Shown: in pieces, positions 37,784 through 41,574 of the stretch
Layout of the letters: each line of letters opens with the position of its first letter
Numbering within the stretch: the stretch's first letter is position 1
From: Mesotaenium endlicherianum
Taxonomy: Eukaryota
Assembly (NCBI GenBank): GCA_009602735.1
Contig: WELA01003208.1
Span: 119,377-160,950, forward strand
Direction of reading: 5' to 3'
Length of the DNA stretch: 41,574 nt
Position numbers and translations under genes: made by a program
Notes under the pieces: generated by a model
Seen by the model: the letters and a program-made list of their open reading frames with translations, nothing else
Database searches by the model: none
What the model was told of the DNA's origin: nothing

Positions 37784-40422
37784 ACCCTCACATGCACTGC
37801 TGCTTAGACTTCCGTGAGCTCTGTGTCGAGAATCAGAGTCCGCTCATTTGTTGTCCTCAAAAGACAAGCCTTGCAGAAGATAGCCAGAGAGCTAGCACAG
37901 AGCAATTCCTGGAGCAACTGGAGTTCAATGGAGTTCAGCCCAGGTGTAGCCTGCAAAGCGTCACTTGCACCAACGTTGCCTCGGACCGCCTGGTTCCCAT
38001 CCGACCATTTCACCATTTCAACGTTCAATAATTTTCACGTTCGATGATTTGGACCATCCGACGCTTTTGACGTGTTCCAAATGAAGCTCACCGCCATTCA
38101 ACAGATTGGTGACCCCGTGGTTCTCCTTGACCTGGTCCTCCCCTGACATGACGTCGGAGAAAGTGAGCAAGGTAAGCACATGACGAAAAGGAGGCTCCAT
38201 TCACATTTACATAAGCGCACCGAGTAGATTTTAAATTTCCAAACAATCTCAAATTACGAGCGCAAAAGAAGTAAATATGATAACATATGATTAAATATGA
38301 TACGAACAATATCGATATATCTATTCAGCTTCACTTACGTTTTGTTTTTCAGTTCTTGGTCCCTTCTTTTAGGCTTTTATTGGGAGAAGCTCAATATGAA
38401 GTCATGGGACCAGGACGGGCCCACGAGTCCTCACCAATTCTCATGTAGGTGTCCACGTATCTATCTCAGCGTAATAGAAATTCCTTCTTGATCTTCTTTC
38501 TCTCTTTACTCGAATAAAGGGCGCTGAGCATTGCTGCATGAAGGCTGGCAACAGCTGGCACTCTCGGATGCTGCCCACAGACTCGCAAAGCTCGTAGAGA
38601 GGAATAAAAGAGCACCTAGTTCAGCTCAATTATAGAAGCATNCCTCTGTCCCTGCAGGAGACAGCAGAAGACAGCAGGAGATCTCGCCTTCCCCCCCTTC
38701 CTCCCGCCCTCCCTTGTTGCCGCCCTGCTGCCCTGCAGCCCTGCCGCACACCCGTCCCCTACACCTGCAGAAATGGCAGGTGAGGCGACTGGGGGTTCAC
38801 TAGGAGCCTCCTTGCCGCCCTGCCGCCTACTCGTCCTCCACATCTGCAGAAGTGGCAGGAAAAGCGACCGGGGGTTGGTTCACTTGGACGGGACTGGCAC
38901 TCACCGTTCACCTTGTAGCGAATGCATGTGCCATCGGCCAGTTTAGTCCCGTTGATGACGGGCCCTGGGAGCAGCACCCCTCCCAGTGCTAGGGCTCCCG
39001 CGTAGCCTCCCAGGAGCCCAAACTGCTCACCGACACGAGATAAACCAAAGTACATGGCACCTGATGAGGGGCCGTGGGGGTTTGAAAGCCTGGTTCAAGG
39101 TCTAAGGGGCTTCAGCAACAGCGCCTGTCAGGGAGACTTGAACAAACTTGCTTCACAGGCATTGGGGTTTTCTGTTCCGGCAAATGCATTTGGGCTGTGC
39201 GTGGGCGTGAGAGCGCTCCCGCATTTGAGTGGAATGCATTTGAGTAGTGGCGCTTGCTCCATCTCAGTGGGCTGGGTTCTGGCATGTACGGGGTTACCAC
39301 GTGGATTTGTGATCAATCAGTACGAGATTGGGCCCGTCCAACCTGCGTGTGCAAGTTTCGAGCGTGCAATTATTCAGATATTTGGTTTGAGCTCGTGTGA
39401 GGGGCCGTGCGTACGATTTAAGCTCGAAGTTAACAAATAAATCTGGCTTGAGCTTCTTTTAGAGGTCATATACGTATACCTACAGCTCTCCAAGATGGCA
39501 GACCAGCTAGAGGGCACGCGCCATTCAACCACGCCTCCAGCATGCCGTCTCCCTTTGCGATCATACCCTCACATGCACTGCTGCTTAGACTTCCGTGAGC
39601 TCTGTGTCGAGAATCAGAGTCCGCTCATTTGTTGTCCTCAAAAGACAAGCCTTGCAGAAGATAGCCAGAGAGCTAGCACAGAGCAATTCCTGGAGCAACT
39701 GGAGTTCAATGGAGTTCAGCCCAGGTGTAGCCTGCAAAGCGTCACTTGCACCAACGTTGCCTCGGACCGCCTGGTTCCCATCCGACCATTTCACCATTTC
39801 AACGTTCAATAATTTTCACGTTCGATGATTTGGACCATCCGACGCTTTTGACGTGTTCCAAATGAAGCTCACCGCCATTCAACAGATTGGTGACCCCGTG
39901 GTTCTCCTTGACCTGGTCCTCCCCTGACATGACGTCGGAGAAAGTGAGCAAGGTAAGCACATGACGAAAAGGAGGCTCCATTCACATTTACATAAGCGCA
40001 CCGAGTAGATTTTAAATTTCCAAACAATCTCAAATTACGAGCGCAAAAGAAGTAAATATGATAACATATGATTAAATATGATACGAACAATATCGATATA
40101 TCTATTCAGCTTCACTTACGTTTTGTTTTTCAGTTCTTGGTCCCTTCTTTTAGGCTTTTATTGGGAGAAGCTCAATATGAAGTCATGGGACCAGGACGGG
40201 CCCACGAGTCCTCACCAATTCTCATGTAGGTGTCCACGTATCTATCTCAGCGTAATAGAAATTCCTTCTTGATCTTCTTTCTCTCTTTACTCGAATAAAG
40301 GGCGCTGAGCATTGCTGCATGAAGGCTGGCAACAGCTGGCACTCTCGGATGCTGCCCACAGACTCGCAAAGCTCGTAGAGAGGAATAAAAGAGCACCTAG
40401 TTCAGCTCAATTATAGAAGCAT
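36862..40422. repeat. Apparently exact 1780-bp direct duplication (36862-38641 and 38643-40422) joined by a single N; probable scaffolding artefact
   Basis: Offset is 1781 bp. The ORF track is identical in both copies and no differences are visible by eye. The second copy repeats FK exons 1-2 (39564-39484, 39022-38905). Confidence 0.9.
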
Positions 40423-40438
40423 CTTGCGGTCTTCACCT

Positions 40439-40912
40439 ATGCAAGCTTGTAAGGCCGCCTTCTTGCGGCCCCTTATTATTTCTTCGCCCACTTGCCTGCT
40501 GTCGTCTTGCAAACGGGCTTCCATTGTTGGCTTTGAACGGACACCAGGGTCGCTAGAAAGGCGTCTTTCGTGTATCGCAAGCATTGGACAACGTCAGGTC
40601 GGGCAGGAAACGTCTACTGTTGGTCGAGATTCAGAACACCTCTCGTTATCATTGAAGCAGGGCTCTGCTACAGCGAGAGGCAAAATTGCAGTCTCTTCCC
40701 CATTCCTTTGCGCCAACAAGGGCGCACCCTGCAGAACCTTCAAACATATTGCAACAAGGGCGTTGGCATCCGACACAGCAGCAAACGCAGCGGGATCCTC
40801 TGCAAGCGAGGAAGACATGGAGGGAAATGTTTCGTATATAGGCCAGAAGGAGGCCCAGGCCATCGACGAGGAGCTGATGGGTCCCCTTGGTTTCAGTGTG
40901 GACCAGCTTATG
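40439..40912 (+). CDS. PPOX1: Exon 1 of NAD(P)H-hydrate epimerase (YjeF-N) / pyridoxine-5'-phosphate oxidase 1-like gene; continues beyond the window
   Basis: ATG at 40439, a Ser/Arg/Ala-rich transit-peptide-like leader, then VSYIGQKEAQAIDEELMGPLGFSVDQLM followed by GT at 40913. This matches the YjeF-N start of plant PPOX1/PDX3 (YLTQREAAEIDETLMGPLGFSIDQLM, recalled). The oxidase domain is not visible, so the fusion is unconfirmed. Confidence 0.85.
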
Positions 40913-41510
40913 GTGTGTATTTTTCAATAATTTCCTCAATTGTCCATACTTATTAAATTTTTACACTACCCTTGGCTTCAGTGTGGACCAGCTGATAGTT
41001 TGCATCTTAACGCTTTTGTGTTAGTGTTACTCTTTGTAATCAATTTGCCAAAACGTCACACGTGACTACCCTTGCCTTCAGTATGGACCAGCTGAGAATT
41101 TGCATCACAGTTCTTTCGTGTTACTATTTGTAATCAATTTGCATATTCATCACACATGCCCCGTGTCTTCAGCTTGAACCAGCTGATGGTGTGTATCTTA
41201 ATAATAGATCTTTGAACAATACATTTTTTTTTTGGTATGTGTGAAGTATTTCTCTACACCCCTTGGCTTCATCGTAGTCCAGCTTATGCTGCGCATCCTC
41301 ACACTCTGTCTATTCTGCTTCACTAATGCTTCGCTCAGGCATTGTATTTAATTGTTGGCTGTAGTTATGTAAATTGATGTATATTGCTTAAACATCATAG
41401 AGACCCCTTGGTTTTGCTGTTGACCAGCTGAGGGTATGCTTTTTTTTTGTGCCTATATTCTATGAGAGGGTTCCTATGATCATCTCCACCGCTGGCTTCA
41501 GTAAAGAGTT
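40883..41510 (+). repeat. Array of ~36-bp degenerate repeats derived from the PPOX exon 1 3' end plus donor site
   Basis: Source copy at 40883 (ccccttggtttcagtgtggaccagcttatggtgtgtat). Further copies at ~40968, 41068, 41159, 41259, 41404, with a weak one at ~41489. Confidence 0.88.
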
Positions 41511-41574
41511 AATGCAATACCCGTGCAGGGAAAGTGATTCACACGGATTATTTCTCAAATTGCGTCCCCCCCCC

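Noticed and set aside
38018..38200. Upstream ORF or extra FK coding exon (MSGEDQVKEN...)
   Set aside because: No similarity to sterol reductases and no supported in-frame splice to exon 1. It cannot be judged without transcripts.
40883..41510. CRISPR array (repeat-spacer appearance)
   Set aside because: The repeats are degenerate copies of a eukaryotic exon end, some spacers are related to each other, spacer lengths vary, and there are no cas genes.

Overview
This is eukaryotic nuclear DNA with GC-rich exons and microsatellite-rich introns. Protein similarity to land-plant genes suggests a streptophyte, probably an alga (inference). Five intron-containing genes can be reconstructed by hand from GT-AG junctions. 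(1-2) An inverted, tail-to-tail pair of glycine-rich-domain (GRDP/DUF1399-like) paralogs: copy A (+, 5'-truncated, ends 5148) and copy B (-, 15182-7435). Copy B has an in-frame TAG before its Cys/Gly tail. (3) A chalcone-isomerase-fold fatty-acid-binding protein, FAP2-like (+, 18429-24576). (4) A delta(14)-sterol reductase, FACKEL/ERG24-like (-, 37783-25791). (5) Exon 1 of an NAD(P)HX epimerase/PPOX1-like gene (+, from 40439). Two related ~400-430 bp hAT-like MITEs sit between GRDP-B and FAP2. An apparently exact 1780-bp duplication across a single N (38642) is probably an assembly artefact. The most unusual recurring signal is 'exon echoes': introns carry degenerate copies of the adjacent exon end plus its splice site. 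The clearest case is a repeat-spacer array of 5-6 copies after PPOX exon 1. All family assignments come from recalled motifs, not database searches.
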